A stretch of DNA of 64,000 bases, from assembly GCA_965603825.1 (NCBI GenBank), contig CBFDEM010000032.1, forward strand, positions 186,001 to 250,000. The letters are read 5' to 3'. Below, one piece after another: positions 25,501 through 37,740 of this stretch. The stretch's first letter is position 1. Every line of letters starts with the position of its first letter. A program made the position numbers and the translations under genes. The notes beneath the pieces are model-generated. The model was given only the letters and a program-made list of their open reading frames with translations, did no database searches and had not been told where the DNA came from. The DNA comes from Blepharisma stoltei ATCC 30299. Lineage: Eukaryota; Protista; Ciliophora.

Positions 25501-26739
25501 TTAATTCCTGTATGGAAATATGAAAATAATAATGAGCTGAAAATGGTTAACTTTTATGATGCCATACAAGAATTCATAATTAAAGGAAATGATTTTATAT
25601 CAAAAGTAGAAACTAGCAGCGATAATTCTAATGAAATGAAATTTATCATAAAAAACTCACTTGGATTCATGTATGAGTACTCAGATTCTGCATTAGAAGG
25701 ACTTGTTAGCTGTGAAAAAGACCGTATAAGTGGCCAAGGAGCTAATATAGGTGCATTTTTAGGCCTTGGAGTCGGGATTATTACTCTATTCTTAGCTTTT
25801 TTAATAATCCAGGTTCTTTCCATTAATAAAAGATATAAAGCACTATGAAATACTGTTATGAAAGTATCCCGATTATTTGGTGCCGAAGAGAAATATATTT
25901 TGATAGAAAGACTTGCAGAAGTCCATGGAATTGACTATGCCTCAATAGACAATAATTGCTCATCTAAAAAAAGCCATGAGGATTATGAAAAATTGAGTTT
26001 TAAAGTGTTATGAAGATATGCATGAAGGCTGTCGATGTTTTTCCTTGTTTCTGTGGCATTCTATTTGGTCATTTATTTTGCACTTTATGCTCGTTGTGAA
26101 GAATTTATGGTGAGTCGGCCTGTGATTCTACAAACTTTTACCAAGCAAAGAGCTCTATTATCAAGAATGAGCCTTTTCGCAAGAGATATTAATATTCCTG
26201 TAAATGAGGGGCTATTTGCAAGCAGTTATTCTTTTAAGAATCCAAAAACAGAATTAGTAAACTCAGCAAGCCTTTTAAACGATGAAATCTTGAATATGAG
26301 GGATTCTAGGATTTTAGACTTGGCTTCTGAAGATCTAAAGAAAAGAATTTTTGAATACTCTGAAATCGATGTAGGTATATTAAAATATGGGACAATATCA
26401 GCAATAAATTCAATGATTTTTCAAGCTTTTAGCTTGGGGAGCGGAATAGATTCTTCTTCAGAGGCTAAAATTAATTGTTTTACTTCTGGTATATCACAAA
26501 TACAACAAGATGCAGATATTAATTTTGGACTAGCAAATCAAGAGTCAAAAACAAAAATCGAAGGTATTTTAGGCAGTATCATTCAGATTACAATTGTCTA
26601 TTCAATTGGGTCCATCCTCGTTTTTATCTGTTTTTATTGGCCGTTTTTAATTTCCGAGAGAAAAATTCTGTTAAAAATTCAGAACTTTACAATTATTTTG
26701 CCTGCAAAAATAATTTTTGATAAGAAATTATTTAAATAA
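22537..26739 (+). CDS. TmcB/TmcC-like membrane PAS-domain protein, copy 5 (~1400 aa, no intron needed)
   Basis: ORF pieces 22507, 23848, 25543 and 26035 are one frame joined through TGA. ATG 22537 matches the copy 4 start MPEDSKIL. Confidence 0.88.
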
Positions 26740-26789
26740 ACAAATAATTTTGACAAGAAGAAAGAGATTATTTAAATAAACAAATAATT

Positions 26790-28265
26790 TTATATTAAAT
26801 TCTCCTCAACTCTTTCCAGCTTGTCATTATAAAAATTTGTAAGTCTTGGAAATGAGTCTTTTTCTTTGTTAGATTGCTTTAATAATTTCCCAGTTTTACT
26901 AGTTAAAGATGTTGATGTCATATAATCAGGAAGAACATTTACAGGCCGATCATTTCCTGTTGCATCGCTTTTTATATTGAATTTTGTGACGTTTTTGAGA
27001 GTATATTTTAATGGGCTTGTTGATCTGTAACCAAGGGAAGCACTAACCGTACTCATTGCTCCGACTTTATTGACAATTGATTTAGATTTTGTAGTGCCTG
27101 GCAAAAAGCTGGCAGGTGCTGTTGATATGGCTAAATTTTTGCGTCTTGGCTGGACTTTCTTGTTGTCAGCTAAAAACTCTTTTAATTTTTTCGATTTTTC
27201 TTTCGTTCTCCTGAGTTCATCTCTTGTCATCCCTACTTTTTCTGCGAGCCTGCTTGCGAGATTTTGATTTTTGGTGATATCATGTATATGCAATTTTATT
27301 TCTTTCTCGAGTCTGATTTCATCTTGCTGCATTTTTATTTTCAATTTATTGTATTCTGTGCTATTTTTAATCAAAACATGATTTATTTCTTTTTCTTGCC
27401 TTTTTAACAGTTTTTTTCTTTTCTTTTCTTGTTCTTCTAAAATTTTGTTTTCCACTCGATTTTGTTCTTCGATTTCTAAGCTTTTGAGTTCATTTCTTAT
27501 TTGTTGTGCTTCTGCATATCTTTCATTTATAGCTACCACCTTTTCTCTAACTTGCAATTCTTTCATAACAGGCTTTGGCTTGATTTTTACAAATTCCACA
27601 TCTTTTTGCAAAGTTTCATTTAGCTCTTCAATCTGTCTGGCATGAATTTCTTTCAATTTTTGCATTTTTTCTTGGCAGTCAGTTGCGAAATCTTCAAAAA
27701 TTTTATTTCACTGTTCTTTGAATTTTTCTTTTTTTTGTATCCCTATATCATGATATAAAGAAATTTCTTTATCATGGGTGCGTAGCCTCAAAGTTCGTTG
27801 GAAATTGATGATGTCACTTTCCAAGCTACGAATAGCTTTCATTAGTTCTTTGTAAAGGCTGTATTCATGAATATTGCATAATTCATCAGCGCAGATCTGC
27901 ATTCTTTCTTTTATAGTTGAAAAGAGCAAAATTTGTTCATCTTCATTTAAAAAACCGTCTTCATCTTCGTCTAATAAATCAAGTAAGTCGTCAACGTTTC
28001 TAACAAGCAACAATTCGCCTAGGTGTTTGGCTTGTTTATCAAGCAGAAATTGCAGGGCTGCATCATTTAACAGCCCATCTTTCTTATAGTCTGCTAATAG
28101 CAAAGCTTCCCAAATTTCTCGGCATTTCAAATGGGCATCTAAAAGGGGTCTGGCTTCATTGAGGACTTTGGCCCGCTGTTGAGCACTGACGGACGTTGAA
28201 AAATTCGTGTGTGCTGTGGCAAGTCTTCTATTTAAAGATTCCTCATATTGCTTTGGCTTGAGCAT
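26790..28265 (-). CDS. EF-hand-like and coiled-coil protein (~491 aa)
   Basis: ORFs 27708-28268 and 26790-27665 join through one TGA. Loops DYKKDGLLN and DEDEDGFLNEDE, followed by a long charged coiled coil. Confidence 0.8.
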
Positions 28266-28301
28266 CACGATTTTAATCTAATAATTGTAGTAACAATAAA
28301 A

Positions 28302-28898
28302 ATGGGAGGAAAAAGCTCGAGCCAACAGCTAGAAGACACGATTTTTAATATGAGACTCGCCTCAAAACAGCTTCAAAAAGAATCACAGCGTAGCGAAAAA
28401 GAGGAAAAAATCGAAAAAGATAAAGCCAAAAAGTACCTTGAAAAAGGTTTAATTGATACTGCAAGAATTTATGCTGAAAATGCTATTAGAAAGAAAAATG
28501 AAGCTCTGAATTACTTAAGACTGTCAAGCAAAATGGATGCGGTCTGCTCCAGGATCCAATCGGCAGCCAGAACTGAGAATATGACCCACCAATTCCAAAG
28601 AGTAATTCCTCAAATGAATAGAGTCCTTCAGAATATGAACTTAGAAAATATCAGCCAAACAATGGGCCAGTTCGAAAAATGCTTCGAAGACTTAGACGTC
28701 GCATCGGGGTATATCAATGAATCATTGAACTCTACCACTGCAGTTTCTACACCGAAAGAACAAGTTGATTCTCTACTAGGAATGATCGCAAGCGAGCACA
28801 ACATTAACATTCAAGAACAACTTGGAGAAACCCCGTTAACCGGTGGGGCCAATTTGACTGAAGATCAGATGAAGTCAAGATTTGAAAGACTAGGATAA
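28302..28898 (+). CDS. CHMP1: ESCRT-III protein CHMP1/Did2/Vps46 (198 aa)
   Basis: Signature ARIYAENAIRKKNEALNYLRLSSKMDAV, FEKCFEDLDV, and a C-terminal MIM1-like EDQMKSRFERL. Confidence 0.93.
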   Translation: MGGKSSSQQLEDTIFNMRLASKQLQKESQRSEKEEKIEKDKAKKYLEKGLIDTARIYAENAIRKKNEALNYLRLSSKMDAVCSRIQSAARTENMTHQFQRVIPQMNRVLQNMNLENISQTMGQFEKCFEDLDVASGYINESLNSTTAVSTPKEQVDSLLGMIASEHNINIQEQLGETPLTGGANLTEDQMKSRFERLG

Positions 28899-28932
28899 AT
28901 TTATATCAAAATTATTATAATCAAAGTATAAA

Positions 28933-30999
28933 ATGGCATACGAAAAAACTTCATCTACTTATGACTGAGAAGAAGTTCTTAGGAATATTTTTATAAAATA
29001 CACCAATTCAGGCCCAGCCGTCTCGAACACCTATATGACTACAATTAAATTCCAAAAAATGATCCAAGATGCTGGGCTATTAGATGAAGAATTCACCCCT
29101 CAGAAAGTTGACATTATTTTTTGTTCTGAAAATCGTCATAGGCCACATATGAAATTCGAAGTATTTGTGAACACAATCCCAAGAATTGCCGAAGTAAAGT
29201 TTATTGATGAGTTCCAAAATGACCCTAGGGAAACGTTAGAAAAATTATTAACAAATCATTTCATGCCTCTCTGCACCAACATGAAGGCTCCTCACCAGAT
29301 TTTTCACCCAGATGCAATTGAGCTGAATGAAGATGTGAGAGAAATCATCCATAGCGTGATTTCTCCTCTCAAAGATTTGTATTCTACTTATTTTCCATGA
29401 GAATTGGCTGGCAATGATAAATCTGCTCAAAAAACGAATAAATCCCAAAGTGCACTGCATTTATTTTTAAGAGATTTTGATATTTGCCCACAGCTGATAA
29501 ATAAATCCACAGTTATCAAGCTATGAAAAGATGTCGTGCTGTTTCAAGGGCAATTTCCTCCAGCACAAGCGTTATTGCCAAATCCTTCACATGAAGCTGG
29601 GACTCACTTTTCGTTCAGTAAATTTTTATATTTTTTGTATATGAGTGCACTGGTAGGATATTCTCATGATTCTCAATTAAACGCCTGCCCTCCTCCAGAA
29701 AAGCTTTTGATCTTGCTAGAAAGAATGGAACTTGCCAAAGAAAACCATACAGTCCACAAGCATCGGCCAAGGACTGCAAAAGATTCATTACTTCCTAGCC
29801 GAGATTTAATTGAAAGAATCATTTTGAACACAGAAGACATGCAAACTCAATCACAAATGCAAAGCGTTTCTCAGTCAGAGCAAGAATATGAGATCTCCCA
29901 AGCTGCTCAGAGTATATCTGCACTCAATTTAGATCCTTTGGGCTTAGAAAGCTTAGAAAAATACTTAGAAAGGCTTCAGAGGATTTTCCAAGCTTATTGC
30001 TCATATGGTGAGCCTATGAATACCACAAGGTTAAAATCTTCAAAACTTATAAAAATGCTAAAAGATTGCCACTTATTGAAAGAGCCTAAAGGAGCTGAAA
30101 ATTTTGATATTTCAGTAAATTCTGCAGCTAATGGGCTTACAAAGGTAGATATTGACCTATTATTTTCAAAATTAACAGGGAATTATGCAAACCCTACTAA
30201 GCGTAATGGAATTAAATTTGGCCCAAAATCACACCTATCACTGCAGAATTCTAACAGCAATGGAAGAATGGAATTTCAGCAATTCCTTAAAGCACTAGAA
30301 ATAGTAGCAATGAAAACCTACCCAGACTGTTTACTAGAAGAAGCTTACATATCACTCATAGAAAATCATATTTTGCAGCTAGAAACAGACTGAAGCCAGC
30401 AGAGGGGAATCAACAGCTTATACGTAAAAACTCTTATGGACATGCTCAGAGATGAAGAGGTCATCGAAATTCTTGGCGTCGTCCACAAGGTCATGCTTCC
30501 TTATTACAACTTTTACGCCGACACCAGAGGCTATATGAATTTCACTGCCTTTGCAAGGTTCGCAAAAGATTTTGAGCTGTTTCCCGACCTAATTTCAAAG
30601 GCAAAATTATTAAGATATTTTTATACATTAGCAGGAATTTATGCACAAACTGAACATCCAGAAGCCCAAGGGTCTGTGAATTCTGCAGCAAATGATTGGA
30701 GGGCTCCAGAGCAAACCGAAGTAGAGGTTATTGACCAGCATTTATTTGTGGAGTCATTAGCACTTATAGCAGCAGATTTATCGTATGTTAAAAACGCGAC
30801 AGCAGTTCAAAGAATCTGCTCACTGATGGAAAGATTAAGCCAGTCTCAAGGGCCGATCATTCTTGGGATTTCTGCAGGGAATTCTCAGCCAACTTTTCAG
30901 AAATCAGATATGATAAAGCCTATCAAGCAAAAGTATCCGAATATGTTTGCACGTGCAAGAAGCCCTTCCAAGCCGTCTTTTTCTGAGCTAATGTCTTAA
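28933..30999 (+). CDS. Protein with two p25alpha/TPPP-like domains, each followed by an EF-hand-like module (~688 aa)
   Basis: One frame through TGA. LQRIFQAYCSYG..KLIKMLKDC..LTKVDIDLLFSKL..MEFQQFLKALEIVA and N-terminal LRNIFIKY..KFQKMIQDAGLL..KVDIIF..FEVFVNTIPRIA resemble the p25alpha N-terminal fold. Confidence 0.7.
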
Positions 31000-31017
31000 A
31001 AAATTATTTAAATAAAT

Positions 31018-31416
31018 ATGATTTTCTACCTTTTTATCTTACCCTTTGTAAGCTCTTTAAATCAAGGTAGCCAAGTCCCATTAGACATAGAAAACTTTTC
31101 AGATCCTATCTGTGACAAGCACAGCGAATGCATTTCATGCTCTTTTGAAGAATTAAGGACTTTTGATGTCTGTGCTTATTCAGGATACTATCAAACTGTT
31201 TTTTGTACCATGAGAAATACGCTGGCGAATTCTACACAAGAAATTTCATATGTGTCTTCATGTTTTCCTGCAAAGGCCTCAATTTTATCGAGTTTCTCAT
31301 GGTTTTTTATTATTTCAGCGATAAGTGCAATATTTTTAGTGTATAATTGGAGGATTTTGAGAAATAAGAAAATTGAAGCCCAACAAGCAAACTTAGAAAA
31401 CATAATAAAAGCTTAA
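31018..31416 (+). CDS. JTB (jumping translocation breakpoint)-like type I membrane protein (132 aa)
   Basis: Signal peptide, six-Cys ectodomain (C..EC.SCS..C..SGY....C..SC), one TM helix and a basic helical tail, as in the JTB family. Confidence 0.7.
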   Translation: MIFYLFILPFVSSLNQGSQVPLDIENFSDPICDKHSECISCSFEELRTFDVCAYSGYYQTVFCTMRNTLANSTQEISYVSSCFPAKASILSSFSWFFIISAISAIFLVYNWRILRNKKIEAQQANLENIIKA

Positions 31417-31419
31417 AAT

Positions 31420-34400
31420 TTACAAATTGAAATTATTATCTTTTAATCCTCGCGGATATGCTAATTTTTGTAGTTTTTCTGAAAGTGGAGATGGAGATAT
31501 TAATTCATAATTTCCCACTTTTTCCGGAAGTTGGCCAAATGGGCGAGGCTTTTTGCCACCTAATATTCTGGTGAGATCAATATTCATTTGAGAAGCACAA
31601 TTGTTAAACTGCCCTTTTTGCAGTTCATGCATTCTTCGGTCTAGCACATTAAGGAGCTCTTTATGATTGAAATAGAGAGGATCAACTAAATCAAGCGTGT
31701 CATCAATAAGTTGCTGCTTGACAAGATCATCTAAATAATTTTCTCTGGCTAAGCTTGGGCTTGAGTTAATTTCAATTAGTCAGCATTGGCAATTGGAATC
31801 AATCATAACATCGTACCCTACTAAATCAAAACAGCACTCCAAGCTTGGGATTTCGCTTTGCACTGCAATCAAACTTTTCAAAACAATTTCTTTTATTTGT
31901 GCCCAAATTTTTTCCCAATCAACGCCAGACCTTCCTAGCCTTTCTTTCAAAGTTTTTAAGGCAAGTTTTGTTCCCCCAAAAATAGCATCGACTGTCTCAT
32001 TTTGGGAATTCTGGTTGTATTTTTGTATAGAAGAATTTGTTAAGTGAATAAATTTGTTAGAAAGTTTGTCTGGGTTTAAGGAAAATGGTACCGTGCTTAC
32101 CCTTGCGAATCCTTCTTTATATAGGAATACTTCAAGAGGGGAAAAACTTGTAATTAAAATATACAGCCTTAGGTCGAATTTATATCCGTCTAATAATAAA
32201 GGATTCATAATATATCGTTGAATTACCATTGGTTCACCATATGTAACTTGATTTAAATCATTAATCACTGAAATTCCACGTCCTCTACTTTTCCCTATAG
32301 GTTTCATAATTCATACATTTCTGCTAGAATCTGAGTTTTCTAGCTCTGTATAATTATCAACAAACTGCACATATTCCTGGGGTAAGCAATAAGTTTGTGG
32401 GATTATTTTCCATAATTGGTTACATTTTGCTGAAGCTTTCATTATTCTTTCAATGTTTTTTTTAAGTAAATCTTTTCTTGAGAAATTCTTTGTCTCAGGG
32501 AAATGGTTGACTTTTTGCCAAACAAGCAGCTTTGGAAGCTCTATACGAGGCTTTGACCAAGTCCACATCACATTTCATGTAAATTTCAAATTCATACCAT
32601 GAGGAAGCTCATTTCACCCTTTTTTCTTATTAAAACCTCTGCTTACAATATCATATACTTCTGGTCTTGCCCTTACAACTCTAAAATACATTTCTTTATC
32701 GCATGGAACTGAAGGTCTTAAAAACTCTTTCCCTTGATTTACAAGGTCTCTTGGATTTATTTCTAAAGGAGCCAAAGAAAGCTTGAATTTTGTATGAATT
32801 TCGAATTCTGGACTTGTAAGAAGAGACTGGAATTCTTTGAACATTTGATAAGCCTCACGCAGAGCAGCCACTGCATTAAAGTCGCGGATTTTGCCAGATC
32901 CAGCAAAAATATCGAGAAATGATTTATAAATTCCTGTGTAGTCTACAGCATCTATTGGAGTTTCTTTAGGAGGCCTGGGAATTGATTTTTTAACTGGAGT
33001 CTTTTTCTCTTGTTTTGGAGGTTCTTTTTGAGCAGGCTTTGGTTGAGGCTTGTGGGATAAAGGAGGCTTTGCAGCTTTGATGATCTGGGGTTCTAATGCT
33101 GGCTTTTCTATTTCTTCTTCATATTCTTCTTCATCACTAGATTTTTGGCTTTCTTGAGGTTGCTCTTTTTTATTTTTAGAAATTAATTCACGAATATTTT
33201 GCAGTTTTTGGTGGTTTGATGAGTAAAAATGCATTCCTTCTTTAGTTTGTGTGATTAACACGTCTTCAGAATTTTTGGTGATTTCGGATATTGTAGATGG
33301 ATCTAAATTCTCTGTAGGCTTTGCAATTGTAATTGTCATTTGATGAGGATTTTCTCGAGTAAAGGGCTCTGCTGAGATTTCTTGGGATATAGAAGATACT
33401 GATTTTTCTTCTTGAAAATCTGGTTGAGATACTGAATTTTCATGACTTATGCCAATACTTTCTTCTCCTGTTTCTATATTTTCCTCGGATTTTAGTTCAT
33501 TTTCAGAGTCTGATTTATCATTTGATTTTTCTAATATTCCAAAATTTTCTTCAATGTATCTTTCATTTTGTGCACTTTTAGACTCAGCGTCACTGCTAGA
33601 TGAGCTTTCTTTGTCTTCTTCAATTAATAAATGGCTTTCTTCATTAGTTTTGCAGCTCTCTTCAAAATTTTGGGTTTCTAATTTCGATTCAAATATATTA
33701 TTTTTTTCTTCATATGCTTGATTCAGCTGGCTTTCTCCAATAGCTTTTTCTTTATTTTCTTCGTTAGGATTTTCATTTATTTTGCTATCTATTTTCTTTA
33801 TCTCTTTAATTTCTTCTTGTCTTTTATCTTGAATTTTTTCTTTGGTTTCTTCTTTTTTTAACTCACTTTTGGCCGATTTAATTTCAGGCTTTATTTTTGC
33901 ATTTTTTTGACTTTGATCTTTTTCTAAATCCTTTACATTTTTTTCATTTTTCTTTTTAATTGCCACTTCCAATGAATTCTCTCTTTTTAAAGTAGAGGAT
34001 TTTTTGTTTATTTCTTTTTCTTTAATTTCAGAGCTTGCTCTATGGATTGACCCTTGCTTATTTTCAGCAGTTTTTGTAGGCTTTTTTACATTATTTTGAA
34101 ATTTGGGTATGCTGTCTTTTCTCTCTAACTCCTTCTTTTTAATTGGAGTGTCTTGGATTTTCTTTTCTTTTTTTACAGTTGGCTTGATATTCATAAAGCT
34201 TTCAACTTTTTTAGCGACTGGAACGCTACTCCCTCCAATGACAACAGTTTTTTCAACATGTGTGTTTTTCAATACATTTTTTACGAAATCTTTATTTTTT
34301 CTGATATTTCCTCTCTGTTTTCACAGTTTTTCGCCTATGTCTTCATCCTCTCTGCTTTCGCTTTTATATTCATCATTCGATTCTATTGTAGCTTGAGTGC

Positions 34401-34659
34401 TTATCTCTTCTTTTTCAATTTCTTTATACAGGTCTGAGTTAAATTCTTTAACACAAAACATAGTAATTTGATTTATGCTTACTCTTTCATCAATTTCTAT
34501 TTCTATCAGCTCTAGAATTCTTTGAGCTTTTCTTGTCCATTTTTCAGAGGCTGAAAAAGATGATGATTGAAGGGCTTTAGAAATAGCGTCATGATGGGCA
34601 TGGAGATCGGTTTCATTAAAATCATAAATTTCTTCAAATGCTGGGAGTTCAATTTCCAT
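31420..34659 (-). CDS. Tubulin-tyrosine ligase-like (TTLL) protein, probable tubulin glutamylase, with long K/E-rich N-terminus (~1079 aa)
   Basis: Five ORF pieces in one frame through TGA. Motifs QKVNHFP, WIMKP..SRGRGI, VIQRYI.NPLL..GYKFDLRLY, EGFAR, HLTNSS, FDLVGYDVMID, WLIEINSSPSL. Confidence 0.92.
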
Positions 34660-34845
34660 TTCTTATTAAAATTGGAAAATGGAAATTTAGATTAAGAAGA
34701 AGCTATCTATATGCTAAAATTTAAAATAAATTTATGATATCTAGGCCCAAAGCGTAATAATAAATAAAATAATAATCGCTGAATTTTATGGAAAAGAATG
34801 CAGCTTAAAATACGATTAAAATCCCATAATTTTTAAGTCAGTGTA

Positions 34846-35406
34846 TTATAATAGATTAAAGTCATAATAAAATTCTCTTGCATATTTTACATGGTTCAAG
34901 TATGATTCTCTTTTGAATTTCCTGGAAGTTGTTATTCGGGGAATGTGTTTTTGGTTAATTGCAGGCACAAACCTTGGCTTAGCCACAAATCCTGTCTTAG
35001 GATTTGAAATTAATTTTCTAGAAGATCCCATTCTGCTTTCAGGTACATAAATTTTTTCAAATTCTTTTATTTTTCGCTGCCTCATAGGCATATGAGGAGA
35101 TGAAAGGACATTAACTAAATCTGAAACAAATGAGTCATCTTCATTAAAAAAATCTTGGACACTTTTTATCGGCTCAAGGCCTAATTTTAAATGTCCTTGA
35201 TCTTTAAGTGGCATGAACCCAGAAAATTTTTCACTATTTAAGCTTGCCCGGACTTTCAAAGGCTGAAGTACGTAATTTGAATATTTAAGCACTGAAAACG
35301 ATTTAGGAACTGCTTGATTTAATTTATCTGGAGACCCAGGATTAGATTCTGGGAGTAGCAAATTGTCGATTTTCTTTTTAGAGCTAGAGTCTCTATAAGA
35401 GATCAT
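34846..35406 (-). CDS. Hypothetical basic protein (186 aa)
   Basis: ATG-to-TAA ORF with coding-like composition. No family recognised. Confidence 0.65.
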   Translation of the reverse strand: MISYRDSSSKKKIDNLLLPESNPGSPDKLNQAVPKSFSVLKYSNYVLQPLKVRASLNSEKFSGFMPLKDQGHLKLGLEPIKSVQDFFNEDDSFVSDLVNVLSSPHMPMRQRKIKEFEKIYVPESRMGSSRKLISNPKTGFVAKPRFVPAINQKHIPRITTSRKFKRESYLNHVKYAREFYYDFNLL

Positions 35407-35732
35407 TATTTTACCATTTTTACTGAATGTTTGTGCAACTGACCGATAATAAAAAATACCTTATTTCTATAATAATCATGTTTGTGAAACATCTTATTAA
35501 ATAAATATTATGCGAAAAGAAAATAATTTTTTTCTGAAAATTAAGTATCATTTTAGATTTTAGAAATTATTAATGATTTATTGAGATTAAAGCTAATACC
35601 AATAGCTTATTTAATAAATTTAAATTAAAAAATAATAATATCATAGTGATAGATTAAATTTTCTAAATATGTCATTGTTAAAGGAATTTGCCATTTAGAA
35701 TTTTAATAAGTAGTAACTTCCTTCTTTAAAAT

Positions 35733-36899
35733 ATGGACTTTTTACAAATTCCAGCCTCATTTCATACTCCAGAAGATAAGAAGCCTAGTCCAAAAATTAT
35801 AAAAGTCCGCAGGAGGCTTTTAACCCCTCAAAATCAAGAAGCAACAGTAAGTCAAAAAACCTTTAATGTTGCTCATAAAGTAAGCAAACCTCAACCATCT
35901 GAAACTCCCCTTCCTGGGTCAATCGAAGAAGATTTTTTATTAGAATCTTCAGACAAGCCAATTCACTTTTTACGCATAAAAAATCCTAAAACAGGAAAAT
36001 TTGAAATAAATCCCCATATATTCACCCCAGAATCTGAAAAAAATCCTCCCATAACCCCGAGCAATAAAGAAATTTTATCTAAAGCTAAAAAATGTGTAAC
36101 AGTTATCAGTGCTGCTGAAGTGCTTCAAAAACCTGTGAAGACTTTAAGCTTCCAAAATTTATCAAGAAAACCAACAGTAATTGTAAATCCAGAGGTAAAA
36201 TATAAGGAAAAAATTCAGCAGATTAAAGAAGGCATGAAAAAAGAAGCAGAAGCAGAAGAAAGATTGCTGAAATCATTAAAAACAGGCCAGAGAATAACTG
36301 AGACAATGCAAAAACATTCTTTAGAAAATTACTACTCAACAAGCCACTCTTGGCACAAAATTTCTAATTTTCTATCACACAAGCTGAAAAAGGAGCCCCA
36401 AGATTTAAGGCTGAACTCAGCCCCTAATTTTAGACAGAAAAAAGAAGCATGTGAGCTGCTAGATAAAATAGTTCCATTGAAAGATAAATATGGAGTTTTA
36501 GCTTGAAATTTAACACTTAGACAGTGGCCAAAGTCAGACGTTCCTGGCGAAGTGTGAATTCCTATAGGAGGGCAATTAAGTGGGCTATACACCACGATTA
36601 GACACAGAAGTAACACAAGTCAAGAGTTTATTAGAACTGTAGGATCACATTGCAGTTCGAGAGGGAGCTTAAGAAATTCTCAATATTTTAAGCAAAAGCT
36701 CGAAGAAAACCAAAGTAAAGACCAAATTTTGCTTGACAAGGAATTGGACGATATGATGGTTCTAGGTGAATCAAAATTCCCTATTGAAAAATCAGCTGCA
36801 GAAATGATAGGGGTTAGATTTTTAGCAACTGATATAGGGAACAATGTGATGCCTGAACAAACAATTGAACTGAATTATGAAGTAAAAGTCAAATATTAG
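35733..36899 (+). CDS. Hypothetical protein, possibly MYCBPAP-like N-terminal domain (~388 aa)
   Basis: Reads through two TGA codons to TAG at 36897. W..I...LS.KLKK.P.DL....FRQKKE..ELLD....W..TLR...IG..LSGL resembles MYCBP-associated protein. Family call is tentative. Confidence 0.6.
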
Positions 36900-37740
36900 C
36901 TATATTATATGTGATTTATATAAAAATCTATATTTTACCTAAATTATTGATCGATGATTAAATTTTCAGCTGCATAGTAAAAATTGGATTAAAATAGACT
37001 CATAAAAAATTGGACAATAGATATGAATATATGATAATTAGTTCTAAATCAATAATGCTAACGACTTGCCTCTTTCTAAAATGTTTTAACAATAGAAAAT
37101 GGTTTGCTTAGATAAATAGCTATATTAGCTTCATAATGGCTATTTGGATTACAATGATGATACATCAAAATTCTTGACACACAGGAGACCTTGGTAATTT
37201 AAGTCTCGACTTAAATTTTTTATTTTAAAATTTTTCGCGTAATTCCCATAAGAATACCCAAATTATAAATTTATAAAATTTGCTCTTTTTCAAATATGTT
37301 TAGAATGAATGCTTATCAGTAAAAGCTGCAATTTGTTCCATTTGTAAATTTTTGCATCATAATAATCCTAAGAATATGGCTGGCTGGTTGTAAATATGAA
37401 AATTTTTGACAAAAAATATCATCTAACAAATCCCAAAAAATCTTCCTCAAGCCTCTAGAACTTCTAATTGCCTCTAAAATAATTCATCTCTCATTCCTAT
37501 AATCAATAAAAAATTAAGAGGCAATCTACTAAAAATAATTCCTAAAATTTAACAGTCACTTTTTGTAATCTTATTCTTTAAGCAATAGTTTCAATTCTAG
37601 ACTTTTTTATATATTAATTTAAGGCTTCTGATTTCTGTTGAGATAAATTAATTAAATATGAAATATTGACTTTAAAAAACAACCCACTGTACAAATATTT
37701 GTTAAGCTTCAGGGCTGTCTTGCTGTACACTTTCAACAAC

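Larger units (their letters stand above)
20914..26901 (+). repeat. Tandem segmental duplication, unit B
   Basis: Direct repeat of 13446-20832. Lacks the 1716-bp insertion and carries an extra 308 bp (22209-22516). Confidence 0.9.
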
